Source: Candidatus Latescibacterota bacterium
GTDB lineage: Bacteria > Latescibacterota > UBA2968 > SICM01
DNA: 64,000 bases
NCBI GenBank assembly: GCA_965217865.1
Contig: CBDCJO010000001.1
Location: 544,001-608,000 of the forward strand
Reading direction: 5' to 3'
The position numbers and the translations under genes were made by a program. Below are positions 30,987 to 40,906 of this stretch, one piece after another. Numbering within the stretch: the stretch's first letter is position 1; the number at the start of each line of letters is the position of its first letter. Under the pieces are notes generated by a model. The model saw nothing but the letters and a program-made list of their open reading frames with translations, was not told where the DNA came from and made no database searches.

Positions 30987-32440
30987 CAATCCTGTCCAGA
31001 CGTTGAACACTTTTCATAGAATTGGATAGCCTTTTCGTATATTTCTTCGCGGTGCTTTGCCAAACTGTGTGTATCGTCGCCAAAGACGATTAGCGTACAG
31101 TTGCCGCCAGAGTCATTAATGAGTTTCTCGACGTGCTGCATTTCGCTTGTGGTCGCGACGGTATCAAGCGCGCCATGAAACAGCAGGATTGGCCTCTTTA
31201 TATGGGTAGCATGTGTCAATACGGATCGCTCAACTAATGCTTTCTCGCGTTCCCTTGGACTGCTTGGAAGGATTCTATCATGATGGAGGCGCAAGACTCG
31301 AAGACTTGTGCAAGTACACGTGGAGATCCCACCTACGAATGGTGAAGATGCATCTGCCAGGGCAAGGAGACTTAGAAACCCGCCATAGCTATTACCGAAC
31401 AGAGCGATTCTCCTGCCTGTACTAAAGTGTTGCTGCCAGTAGATTCCACAGTCTAATACATCCTGAACGTCTGCGACCCCGGCGACCCCGGTGTTCGCTC
31501 GATCGAGGTCCTCGCCGAAGCCGGTAGAGCCCCTATAAGCCACGCGCACAATCTCGAATCCCTGGCGAAGCAGCCCTAAAGCCCATGAGTCATTTCTATC
31601 GAGACTGCCTCCAGGCCCACCATGCACATACAGAACAGCGAGCTCTCGTGGAGACGGCGGAACCAACCGCTGTACTGGAAGAGCTAAACCATCCGAAGCA
31701 GGAACCGTAAATTCCTCAAGCCTAAAACTCGGTACGGGTTCGGTATGCTCAGCTACGACAGTGCATCCTTCAGATTCTTTCCAGCGGTAGACCTTATGGT
31801 CTGTTCCAAGAAAACAGACGGTATCGTTGTCGGCTCTGAAGGCGATTTGATACCAAGTCAGGTTCTTCGCCACGCTAACCCCGGAATCCAATCTGATGCG
31901 TGAATCTACGCGGCCTACGGGAAACTGCACCCAAACAAGCTCATCGGGTTTGACGCAGAGAAGCCTGTTCGTCGAGTTTGAAAATGCACCTTCTTTCACA
32001 GGCCCATCTTCATAGATCCACCCGGAACCTCGGCCCGTAAGATCTACAACGTGAACGGTCCCTTCTTTCTCGTCGGACACGTGAAGTGCAAACCAGCTTT
32101 CGTCACGTGACCAGGGGAATCGACCAAATCGGTGACCATTTGACTCGGGCAGGAGCGAGGATATTCTTTGACGTTGAAGATCAAATAAATGCACTTTCTT
32201 AGGCTTGTTAAGCTCCTCCAGGTTTTGCCGATGAAATGCAATCAGGTCACCGGATGGGGACCAATTTGGAAACCTGTCCACACTGTCCTTCGATGCGGTC
32301 AATCTATCAAGTTTGCCGCTATCCAATGTGAGGTGAAAAATGTCAGGTGGCCGTTTATTCAATTGCTCGGTACTGTGCTTTTCGTAGGCAGAAAACACGA
32401 GGCTTGTGCCGTTTGGCGACCACTGGCTGAACCCCGCAGG
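30974..32440 (-). CDS. S9 (prolyl oligopeptidase-like) peptidase with TolB-like propeller; 5' end replaced
   Basis: PNWSPSG repeat, HGGPG, YRGSTGFG, nucleophile GNSYGG, HGALD, terminal His; lower GC. The annotated N-terminus is antisense DUF4011 sequence. Confidence 0.8.
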   Translation of the reverse strand, partial: PAGFSQWSPNGTSLVFSAYEKHSTEQLNKRPPDIFHLTLDSGKLDRLTASKDSVDRFPNWSPSGDLIAFHRQNLEELNKPKKVHLFDLQRQRISSLLPESNGHRFGRFPWSRDESWFALHVSDEKEGTVHVVDLTGRGSGWIYEDGPVKEGAFSNSTNRLLCVKPDELVWVQFPVGRVDSRIRLDSGVSVAKNLTWYQIAFRADNDTVCFLGTDHKVYRWKESEGCTVVAEHTEPVPSFRLEEFTVPASDGLALPVQRLVPPSPRELAVLYVHGGPGGSLDRNDSWALGLLRQGFEIVRVAYRGSTGFGEDLDRANTGVAGVADVQDVLDCGIYWQQHFSTGRRIALFGNSYGGFLSLLALADASSPFVGGISTCTCTSLRVLRLHHDRILPSSPREREKALVERSVLTHATHIKRPILLFHGALDTVATTSEMQHVEKLINDSGGNCTLIVFGDDTHSLAKHREEIYEKAIQFYEKCSTSGQDWVKS

Positions 32441-32825
32441 CGTCCGGTCGGGACGACGAAACCGGCTCGCTCGATGTCGATCAGGAGGTTCCGGAAGAAC
32501 TGCTTTCACTCATGGCTGAGGCCGAGGACGATCCCGACTGGTTGGCGAAGCGTCACCTCGACAACAAGCTCCAAACGCCATACGACACGAGCCGCCTCGA
32601 CATCCTCCTCAGGAACACCTACCGCCACGCCCACCTCTCTCTTGAAGAACAGGGCGTCAACATCCTCTACCTGGCCCTGGGAACGCTCAACTGGTATGAA
32701 TCGAAGTCGAGCGACATCCAGCTGATGGCGCCCCTGGTTATGGTCCCGGTAGAGCTGTCGCGGGAAAGCGCACGGGCTCGCTTCAAGGTGCGTTGGACGG
32801 GCGAGGAGATCGACGGGAACTCGGA
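32440..32825 (+). pseudogene. DUF4011 helicase (Hhe-like defence protein) internal fragment
   Basis: LQTP...LEEQGVNILYLALGTLNWYE...APLVMVPVEL, typical of DUF4011. Confidence 0.8.
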
Positions 32826-32838
32826 TACGGTCAACCGC

Positions 32839-33387
32839 CTACGGTATCGGCGAAGAATGCGTCTCGCCATCCCGGCCTCTTATCTCTCCTAATTGTTCGA
32901 GTGCATCCCGGTGCAGCTTTCGCAAGTTCGAGGCTATCTCCGCGATTTTCCCCGTCGTCACGTGCACCTCAACGACGATGCTGTCCCTTCTGGGTGTCTG
33001 CTGCACCATCTCCCACGCTTCCCATCGGCCTCCATTTGTTAGCACTGCGTAACGGGCGCCGATTTCCGTTGCGTATCCAGACGCCTGCCTTCGATCCGTG
33101 TCCTTCGGCCCTGAATCTGGAGGCTTGGCCTCCACAACGGCAAGGAATGCACCTGTCGACGACACGAGAACGTAGTCCACCTTGTTCCCGTTGGCACGAT
33201 GCTCTAGCCGGACCCGCGCCGGGTCTTTGACGTCCCAACCCAATGCGTTCAACACCCCGTCGATAACCAGCGCCCTCGTCGCCGTCTCATTCCCGTGGAG
33301 GTACTCGTAATGCTCGGTCAGAACCTTCCGAGCTTCCTTGATGCTCTCCTCAAGCAGGGTCCCCTTGCCATCCTCCAGCTCAGCCAA
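32839..33387 (-). CDS. Stand-alone HsdR_N-like PD-(D/E)XK endonuclease
   Basis: NETATR...LGWD...VDYVL...VVEAK...QASGYA...LTNGGRW; RBS AGGGAG; 182 aa. Confidence 0.8.
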   Translation of the reverse strand: MAELEDGKGTLLEESIKEARKVLTEHYEYLHGNETATRALVIDGVLNALGWDVKDPARVRLEHRANGNKVDYVLVSSTGAFLAVVEAKPPDSGPKDTDRRQASGYATEIGARYAVLTNGGRWEAWEMVQQTPRRDSIVVEVHVTTGKIAEIASNLRKLHRDALEQLGEIRGRDGETHSSPIP

Positions 33388-33409
33388 TGCTCACTCCCTA
33401 ACCCTTCAT

Positions 33410-33726
33410 GAAAGTATTTGAACTTGGATACCCCTTCCTTTGGAAGGGGAGAAGAAGTTTAGCTTGCCGAAGGCAAGCTAAAAGGGTGTCTTATCGTGTT
33501 CAGACCACTGAGACACAAATCGACTCAGGAGGCATACGATGGGACTCCGACGGACCAGTCACGCAGTCTATGATAGCCAGTATCCTCTGGTATGGGCACC
33601 GAAGTACCGGAAATGGATTCTGCGAGGTGACCTTCGAGCGTATGTGGGCAAGCTGTTTCATCGGATAGCAGAAGATTTTGGGGGTGGGAGTGGTTAATGC
33701 CCCGCCCTTTGGGCGGGGTGGTTTAC
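33410..33726 (+). mobile_element. Internally deleted, non-autonomous derivative of the IS200 at 10698-11302 (317 bp)
   Basis: Near-identical left end and first ~47 tnpA codons, then a jump to the right-end hairpin at a TTTGG microhomology; same TCAT target and GGTTTAC end. Confidence 0.92.
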
Positions 33727-33758
33727 TCGCACGCGCGTCCCTGTAGTCGCCCGACGGT

Positions 33759-34196
33759 CTACTTGCCACGACGTTCCCATGCCCGGCCCAAGGCCCGAAT
33801 ACTTTCCCAGATCGATCTCCATGAGCTAGGCTGGGTGTCTCTCCTGGGCACTTCGCCTGTTTCCGTTTGGTAGTAGCTGTTGCGTCTGGTCCAGGCCTTT
33901 TGCCGCACCAGCGCGATTTCAGCTTCCGAAAAGCCGCGCGCCCACCGGACGATTCCTTCATCGATCCAGTAGTGTGACCTGCACGAAAAACTCCAGTTCC
34001 CGATGGACGGCTCCAGGGAGATCGTTCTCCCGTCATAGGTGAGCCTCCACTCGACGGGGCCAAGAGGGGTCACCACCTCCTCCCCGCACCCGCACGCACA
34101 CCGGTGGACCACCGTGCCGAAACGCATCGACACATACAGAACACCGTCATCCAGCTGTTCCGGTATGTGATCCACGAATTCGTTGCGCAATCTCAT
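33759..34196 (-). CDS. DUF6527 family Cys/His-rich protein
   Basis: FVDHIPEQLDDGVLYVS, HRCACGCG, PSIGNWSFSCRSHYWI; start overlaps the ThiF stop. Confidence 0.85.
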   Translation of the reverse strand: MRLRNEFVDHIPEQLDDGVLYVSMRFGTVVHRCACGCGEEVVTPLGPVEWRLTYDGRTISLEPSIGNWSFSCRSHYWIDEGIVRWARGFSEAEIALVRQKAWTRRNSYYQTETGEVPRRDTQPSSWRSIWESIRALGRAWERRGK

Positions 34197-35383
34197 TGGC
34201 TATCGTCAGCCTGCCCCAGCATCCTGTTGCTCATGTGATTTCCGTCGATCGTGTAAGTGCTCCTGTCCTCTTTGCCAAGGTCCATGTAAAACCCCCGGTG
34301 CTTCTTCCACCGGATTACCGCGAGGGCCGCATTCAGCGCGTTCAGTTCCACGATCTGCACGTTCCTCTCGTACTCGCCGACGTCCCGCAATCCGCCCTCA
34401 CCGCGTCGTACCGCCGAGCTCTTCGGCGTCTCACAGAAGCTCGTTCTCACGACCCCTACCAGCTTGTCGTCCGTCTTCTCGATGCCCATTCCCACGTCGA
34501 CGAACGGCACTCCCATCCGGTCCAGTGTCGGCAGCAGCCACTGCCTAGTTTCGTTGTCGTCGACGGCGACAAACACGAAATCGAGGTCGCCAAGCACATT
34601 GACGTTATCGGCCTCCACATCGAATTCGTGCGCGACGACGCCGCTCCTTATCTTCGCGTACCGTTCGCTGTACAGTTGAGCCTTGGTCGGTCTCTTCTCG
34701 AGCTCCTCGGCTGTCGTCGGACCGGGCGCGCGGAACGCGTTGTGCTGCTCGAACCGGTCGCCGTCGAACAGATGGATCTCCGCGACGCGTGTCTTGCTGA
34801 CGTAATCCAGAATGTACGATCCCGTACCTCCGAGCCCGATTATGCCGATCCTGTCTCCGGACAGTCTCTCGTTCAACCGGGTTATCCCAGCGCGGCTCGA
34901 CGCAGTTTCCATGAACACGAAAGGGTCGTTCGGGTCTGCCGACAGCACCAGTTTCCCCGCGCAGGCTATCGCTCCGGGGTCTATTCGTTTTGCACACCGT
35001 CCAATCACCTGCGCGTAGTGCGTCAGCTTGTGATGGTAATCCTCGTACTTCCCCGCCACCGGCCTTGCCGAGAAGTAATGGTCGACCCATAGGCCTTCGG
35101 CGAGCTCTTGGCGTTGGCTGCTGTTCCGCAGAGCCTCGATCGGCGCACCGCGGTCGTCGCAGGGGTACTCGCCCGCAAAGTACATCGTGTGATCTGGCGG
35201 CGGCCCCGTTTCCGAACCGTCGACGGCTAGGGGACAGACGAGCTGACCGTACTTCACGGTTCGCTCGCTTGTAACGTACGGGACGCGATGCAGCACCAAA
35301 TGCCCGGAGCGGACCTCTATCTCGTAGCCGTCCTCGACGAGTCGCTTAAGGTCCTCCCTACGACTGATCAGTTCTTGTGACAT
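34193..35383 (-). CDS. ThiF/E1-family adenylyltransferase with N-terminal DUF6791 (E2-like) domain
   Basis: N-terminal VPYV...FAGEYPC...YHHKLTHY; ThiF motifs GLGGTGS, DGD...HNAFRAPG, FVAVD, FVDVGMG, LNALNAALAVIRWKK. Confidence 0.88.
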   Translation of the reverse strand: MSQELISRREDLKRLVEDGYEIEVRSGHLVLHRVPYVTSERTVKYGQLVCPLAVDGSETGPPPDHTMYFAGEYPCDDRGAPIEALRNSSQRQELAEGLWVDHYFSARPVAGKYEDYHHKLTHYAQVIGRCAKRIDPGAIACAGKLVLSADPNDPFVFMETASSRAGITRLNERLSGDRIGIIGLGGTGSYILDYVSKTRVAEIHLFDGDRFEQHNAFRAPGPTTAEELEKRPTKAQLYSERYAKIRSGVVAHEFDVEADNVNVLGDLDFVFVAVDDNETRQWLLPTLDRMGVPFVDVGMGIEKTDDKLVGVVRTSFCETPKSSAVRRGEGGLRDVGEYERNVQIVELNALNAALAVIRWKKHRGFYMDLGKEDRSTYTIDGNHMSNRMLGQADDSQ

Positions 35384-35630
35384 TGATAATCGTTCCGTCC
35401 CGCACCTTCAGCCTTTGCCCCTCGTCTAGCTCTCCTTCGGGTATTCGGCTGCCGGCCTCCCGGAACGTGATCGTGAACACGATCTGCGGGCCCCTGGCCG
35501 GATCGTCGAATGCAAGGTCCACTAGCTCGTCGAACGACAGTTCGTCACGCTCGACCTGCCTTTGCCGCCCATTGACCGTTATCAAGAACGTCTTGTCGTC
35601 CAATCGGTCTAGTTGGTTTTCCTTACTCAC
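35358..35630 (-). CDS. Multiubiquitin-domain (Ubl) protein
   Basis: ITVNGRQ...LSFDELVDLAF...LKVRDGTIINVTRTDQS; GTG start after GGAGGAG. Confidence 0.85.
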   Translation of the reverse strand: MSKENQLDRLDDKTFLITVNGRQRQVERDELSFDELVDLAFDDPARGPQIVFTITFREAGSRIPEGELDEGQRLKVRDGTIINVTRTDQS

Positions 35631-35644
35631 GAGATTCTCCTCCT

Positions 35645-35945
35645 ATGCTCAGTCGTGTCCTTAGAGATAGTTTGAAAACGTTCGATGCCTGGCTTCATAA
35701 AACTCACGACCTCGTCCGGCTCGACAAATTTTGTTTCTCCGCCACAGAATTTCTGGAAGAGTTTGTGTGTGTCCGGGGTCTTTCCCACCAGCGCGAGAAT
35801 CTTGATACCCGGAAGATCTGGCTTAGACACGCGTTTTCGCTATCGGTCGATGCCGGATAATGTAGATGTCCGAGGGCGGCTTCTCGACAGCAGGATTCTC
35901 TTTGGCGAATGCCCCAACGCCGAGTTCTTCGATGTTCGGTTCCAT
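35645..35945 (-). pseudogene. Degraded multiubiquitin-domain (Ubl) gene
   Basis: ATG 35945 after GGAGGAGG; reconstructed MEPNIEE...YIIRIDR*RKRVSKPDLPGIKILALVGKTPDTHKLFQKF...PGIERFQTISKDTTE, with one frameshift, one in-frame TAG and a damaged end. Confidence 0.7.
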
Positions 35946-36109
35946 TAGATTAACCTCCTCCTAGTTGCCCAGGATCACAACTTAAGAGGGTGGCGTCCGA
36001 CAGACCAGAACACGAAGCCTTGGTCAGGTAGTACAGATTTCTGAGAATCTGAATCAAACATCGTACATCTCCTTTGAGAAAGGGCTGAAAGTTTGCGCTT
36101 TGTTTCCGA

Positions 36110-36190
36110 GACATTAACCCTTATATTATAACCTACCGAATTATGGAGAAGAGCCCTAATAATATAACCCAATTAATTATATTGTCAAGG
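36110..36190. promoter_or_regulatory. Divergent promoter region with candidate XRE operators
   Basis: AT-rich; minus-strand TTGACA (36183-36188) with TATATT/TATTAT 16-18 bp away; related motifs ATTAACCC, TATAACC and ATATAACCC repeated. Confidence 0.55.
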
Positions 36191-36203
36191 GGAAAAATTG
36201 GCC

Positions 36204-36533
36204 ATGTCAGAATTTGGAGAGAGGCTGAGGAGAGCAAGGCAGAATAAGGGGATGCTGCAGGAAGACTTAGCACAGGCAATGGGGCTAACTCAGGCATCGA
36301 TTTCCCAGTTCGAGAAGGGACAAAGGACACCCACCCCGGAAAATATCCGTAAATTAGCTCAAATACTGGGGGTGAAGGAGGAGGACCTAGCAGGCAAAGA
36401 TAAGGGGAATTTCGAAAGGGCATTGTTAATGCGAAATATGCGAGATTTGTCCCCTGGATCTCTCAGTAGGATCAACGAGTATGTGGAGCTGATAAAGGAG
36501 AGTGAAAGAGCAAGAAGACGGAGAAAGAGATGA
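36204..36533 (+). CDS. XRE-family HTH regulator (CapH/ImmR-like)
   Basis: FGERLRRAR...QEDLA...ISQFEKGQRTP...LAQILGV. Confidence 0.92.
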   Translation: MSEFGERLRRARQNKGMLQEDLAQAMGLTQASISQFEKGQRTPTPENIRKLAQILGVKEEDLAGKDKGNFERALLMRNMRDLSPGSLSRINEYVELIKESERARRRRKR

Positions 36534-37405
36534 TTTTGAGACGTACAATAGCGGCCTACGCCTCTCAGCTACGTGAAAACATGGGAATCGGTGAAAACGC
36601 CGCCATTGGACACCTCGTTCATCATATCAAAGAAGCGGGATATGAGTATCTTGAGGAATCCTTTGGTGATGAATTTTCAGGATTTTCGCAATCCCTTGGT
36701 GGAGGCAAGTATCTTATAGGATTCAATCGTGAGCACCTCTGGAGCATCAAATTTCAAAGATTCACTTTGTCTCACGAATTAGGGCACCTTACTATCCCGG
36801 AGCACCGCAGGATATTGGACAACACAGGCTTGCATCGGTCCAAGAGTGAGTTTCAATCCCAAGATCCGATTGAGCGGGAGGCGGATTACTTCGCCATATG
36901 CTTTCTGACTCCGAGGAAGTCCTTTCAAGATGCTATGAAACACAAGGAATACACAAAAGACACCATCTTTGGGCTCTCCGAAAAGTTTGGGATATCGGCC
37001 TATGCTACTATCCTTCGGTTCATAGAACTGACAGACCAGTCTTGCACTTTGATCGTGAGTAACAGCACTGGAATGATTGAATACGAAAGACGGTCCAACC
37101 GGATGAAGGAATCCTGCCAACAGAACTTTTTGGCTGGAAAGAAAATTAAGGAGACAACTCTTACTTTTGACTATATCAAGGGCCGGAAAGGGGAGAACAG
37201 CTGTACCGTCTCTCTTCGGGAATGGTTTGAGGATCTGCCTGAAGAGATTGAAATCGATGCGACCGAATCTGTAATCGACCTGGGATATAACAACAAGTAT
37301 CTGACCTTGTTGACTCCACATGTTACGGATGTGGACGAATATAGTAGGGACTGGGAATCACCAAGATCATTCCCAAAACACGGAGGTCGACCTAGTACCT
37401 ATTGA
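36530..37405 (+). CDS. ImmA/IrrE-family metallopeptidase (CapP-like)
   Basis: RFTLSHELGH (HExxH), EREADYFA, HTH-like segment LSEKFGISAYA, C-terminal extension; coupled to the XRE gene (ATGA overlap). Confidence 0.92.
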   Translation: MILRRTIAAYASQLRENMGIGENAAIGHLVHHIKEAGYEYLEESFGDEFSGFSQSLGGGKYLIGFNREHLWSIKFQRFTLSHELGHLTIPEHRRILDNTGLHRSKSEFQSQDPIEREADYFAICFLTPRKSFQDAMKHKEYTKDTIFGLSEKFGISAYATILRFIELTDQSCTLIVSNSTGMIEYERRSNRMKESCQQNFLAGKKIKETTLTFDYIKGRKGENSCTVSLREWFEDLPEEIEIDATESVIDLGYNNKYLTLLTPHVTDVDEYSRDWESPRSFPKHGGRPSTY

Positions 37406-38618
37406 CATTTAAAACGAGCGTGCCGAATGTTTGTTATCTCCCCGATCCGTTCGCTGTGGGAGGAGGATCGGCATGCCCAACAGGAAGTACATCGTCCGTC
37501 CAAGTTGCGATGAGCGGAAGCACTTGCAGGATCTGGTAAGCAAAGGCCGGACACAGGCCTACCGGATCCGACACGCACACATTCTGATGAAGGCCGACGC
37601 GGATGGCCCTTGCTGGGGCGACGAAGCCATCGCCCAAGCGTTTTCGTGCCACAGACGCACCGCGGAAGGCATTCGCAAGCGCTTTGTGGTCCAAGGGCTC
37701 GACGCAGCCCTTGAGCGGAAGAAGCGGGAACGACCGCCCATCGAACCGATTCTGGACGGCGAAAAGGAAGCTCGCTTGATCGCCCTGGCCTGCAGCCAGC
37801 CGCCGAAAGGTCGTAGCCGCTGGACGCTGGAGTTGCTCGCTGACAAGCTGGTTGAACTCAACATCGTCGAGAGCATCTCCTATCGGACCGTGCAACGGGC
37901 GCTCAAAAAAACGAACTCAAGCCCCATCTGAAAACGTGCTGGGTGATTCCGCCCAGGGAAAACGCCGCATTCGTAGCTTGCATGGAGAATCTTCTGGATC
38001 TGTATCACCGGCCCTATGATCCGGAAAGGCCGCTTTTGGCCATGGACGAACACCCCGTGCAGTTGACCGGAGAGACACGCATCCCGGTCCCGGAAAAACC
38101 GGGGCATCCCCGACGTCACGACTATGAGTATGAGCGTAACGGCACAGCCGCGAATTTCTTGTTCCTCGAGCCCCTGACCGGACGTCGGAAGGTCCACGTC
38201 CGGGAACGCAGGACCGCCGTAGACTGGGCTTACGAGATCCAGGAACTGCTTGAGGTGGACTACCCGGATGCGCAAGTCGTGGTGCTGGTCTGCGACAACC
38301 TCAGCACTCACACCATCGCATCTCTCTACAAGGCCTTCCCACCCGAAAAGGCCCGTTCTCTAGCCAAACGCCTCGAATTGCACTACACGCCCAAGCACGG
38401 TAGCTGGCTCAATATCGCCGAGATCGAACTGAGCGTCCTTGCCAGACAATGCCTGCACAGCCGCATTCCTGACCTGCAGACCCTCACCAACGAAGTGGAG
38501 GCCTGGAAATGTGATCGAAACGAGAAACACAGAACCCTTGATTGGCAGTTCACGACCACCGACGCCCGCATCAAACTGAAGAAGCTATATCCCAAGTTTT
38601 AGGTGTCATGGTGTACTA
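37393..38618 (+). mobile_element. IS630-family element, complete; transposase 37473-38602 split by a probable programmed -1 frameshift
   Basis: Ends CTAGTACCTATTGACA / TGTCATGGTGTACTAG; A7 slippery site at 37905-37911; MDE, DNLSTH, YTPKHGSWLNIAEIE. Confidence 0.93.
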
Positions 38619-38783
38619 GGTAGAGGGAGGAACCCCGGACAGGCGATTTCACAAAGTCAGTCACTAAACACTTTCGGATTAGCAGATAAGGGCTTGAAGG
38701 TATGGGGGGTGTCGTTGGAAACCCGGCAATGATTGAGGTTTCAGAACACAGAGCACTTATAGAGGGGAGAGGTCATCGCGTAC

Positions 38784-39011
38784 TTGTTGCCTGATGTCAT
38801 CAATTCCGCAGGTCTGGCTCTTGATATTGTCGCCGTTATCCTTTTGTTTTTCTATGGCTTGCCGGCGGAAGTTAGGAAGGAACAGATGATGACCTGGGGC
38901 GAGGATGCTGAGCAGGTGAGGAAGTGGAACCGCAACAAGAAAATTTCCCGCTTGGCACTCGCTCTTCTTGTTTTCGGCTTTTTGCTTCAACTCGTTAGTA
39001 ACTGGATGTGA
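38784..39011 (+). CDS. Small two-TM hypothetical protein
   Basis: 75 aa, two hydrophobic helices (GLALDIVAVILLFFYGLP; LALALLVFGFLLQLV). Confidence 0.6.
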   Translation: MLPDVINSAGLALDIVAVILLFFYGLPAEVRKEQMMTWGEDAEQVRKWNRNKKISRLALALLVFGFLLQLVSNWM

Positions 39012-39053
39012 GACTTATGGGAATTGTATACATAAGTTAACCTCAATTCGCAA

Positions 39054-39625
39054 TTATTTTTCCTTTCGGTAAGGCCGCGTCCCACCGTTGGGAGAGCAAA
39101 GCGTTCTTATCACGATCTTCCAGACAATACGCATACGCTGCCGGGAGTACATCCGTACGTCATTCGCCAACCGTTCCGGCGACGACCGTGCGCGTTCCCA
39201 AACGTCCCGGATGTAAGCCAGCGCTTGGTTGCCCGTAGTCGTGTCCGGGAACTCGCGAGGAAAATCGGAGCGTTCCAACTCCGTCCGAAGCGATTCATTG
39301 ATGCAATCCAGCGGCACGATCCAACCGCCGAGGGAGCCTCGAAGACGCCCCCCGACCCGCTGGACGATCCGATCGAGCGGGACACGTCCGCTGTCGCTCG
39401 ACTGCACGGTGAGATTCTGTATTGCCTGTTCAAAATAATACCGGTCCTCGTCCGTTATTATCTGTTCGCGGCACTCGCGAAGAAGCTGTGCAAGATCCTC
39501 CGCATCGAGCCGGGAGCCCGACGCCAAGAGTCTACGGAGCGGAGTGGCTTCTGGAATCGCCGAGCCGAGAACCATCCCTTCCTGCTCAAGCACGGACAGG
39601 AGGTTAGATGACAGTTGCGCCACGG
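39054..39625 (-). pseudogene. Internal fragment of a large unidentified protein
   Basis: Protein-like open frame with no start and a late frameshift; family not recognised. Confidence 0.4.
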
Positions 39626-39765
39626 GCTCCGGGGACCGCTGTTCGAGAATGCGGTCGTGGTGGAGGTCCTCAAGCGTCGTTTCAATCGGGAGCACCGATC
39701 CAATCTGTCCTTTTTTCGCGACACCCGGGGGTTGGAGTGTGACCTCCTGTATGCGAACGGCGAGC
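39626..39765 (+). pseudogene. DUF4143 (AAA ATPase C-terminal nuclease-like domain) fragment
   Basis: Manual translation LRGPLFENAVVVEVLKRRFNREHRSNLSFFRDTRGLECDLL. Confidence 0.75.
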
Positions 39766-39781
39766 GAGGGGAGGGTGCCTG

Positions 39782-40285
39782 ATGGACGTCTTCGCTTTCC
39801 GAGAAGAGCTTGTATCCGAATACGAACGCTTTTCTCGAAGCTTCACCAGAATCCGCGCGGCAGACATCCTCCAGGCCGTCGACGAGGCTTACGCGGGCGG
39901 CCGTTTTTGGCCCGCCCCGCTCATCCAGTTGAACCCGAACTTCGTGCCGGGAGGGTCCATCGACGACCTTGTGTCACACGGCACCCTCGACCCGGAATGC
40001 GGAAAGATCTTCCGGATCAAGAAACCAACCGACACCTTCGGCAAACAACTCGTACTGCACCAGCATCAGACCGAAGCCATCGACATCGCGCGGCGAGGCG
40101 AGAGCCATGTGCTGACGACGGGTACAGGTTCCGGCAAGTCGCTCAGTTATTTCATCCCCATCATCGACGACGTGTTGCGGCGCAAGAAGTCCGGTGACCC
40201 CTGTCCGGGCATCTCTGCAATCGTCGTGTATCCAATGAACCCTCTGTGCAACAGCCAACTCGACAGATCCACTCGAAACCCTTGA
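39782..40285 (+). pseudogene. DEAD/DEAH-box helicase N-terminal fragment (defence-island type)
   Basis: LHQHQTEAI, TTGTGSGKS, VYPMNPLCNSQ, then truncated. Confidence 0.85.
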
Positions 40286-40344
40286 TCGAGCGCTGCTATC
40301 GCGAGTTCCTGCTCTGCACCGCGGCGCGCGCCAACTCGAGGCTT

Positions 40345-40905
40345 TCGCGGAGGTGCTCTCCGTGGTCGACGTCGACCAGTTCTACGGCATTGAGCTTGGT
40401 GAGTTCCCCACCCGCATCGCGGAAACAGCGATGTGGATGATGGACCACATCATGAACAACAGGCTCAGCCTGGAGTTCGGTCAGACCTATGCGCGCATCT
40501 CTCTGGAGAAGTCACCTCATATCGTCCATGGCGATGCGCTGGATACCGACTGGTCGGACTTGCTGCCGCCGGAGAAGTGTTCCTTCGTGTTTGGCAATCC
40601 ACCCTTTCGTTGGCGCGAAATATCAGTTGGCTGAACAACGCGCACAAGTGCGCCGCATCGCAGCATTGGGGAAGTCTGGCGGCACGCTGGACTATGTGAC
40701 CGCGTGGTTCATCAAGGCAGGTGGGTATCTCCGGAAAGGCCGCACGCGTATCGGTTTCGTCGCCACCAATTCGATCACTCAAGGCGAACAGGTTGGGCAA
40801 CTCTGGCCGATCCTGTTCGACCGTTGCAAGTTGGAGATCGCCTTCGCGCACCGCACCTTTGCCTGGGGATCGGACGCACGTGGCAAGGCACACGTGCATG
40901 TCGTG
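40345..40905 (+). pseudogene. MmeI-like type IIL restriction-modification enzyme, methyltransferase fragment
   Basis: QFYGIE, AETAMWMMDH, GNPPF (frameshift) VGAK, LDYVTAWF, FVATNSITQGEQV, FAHRTFAW, AHVHVV. Confidence 0.88.
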
Positions 40906-40906
40906 A

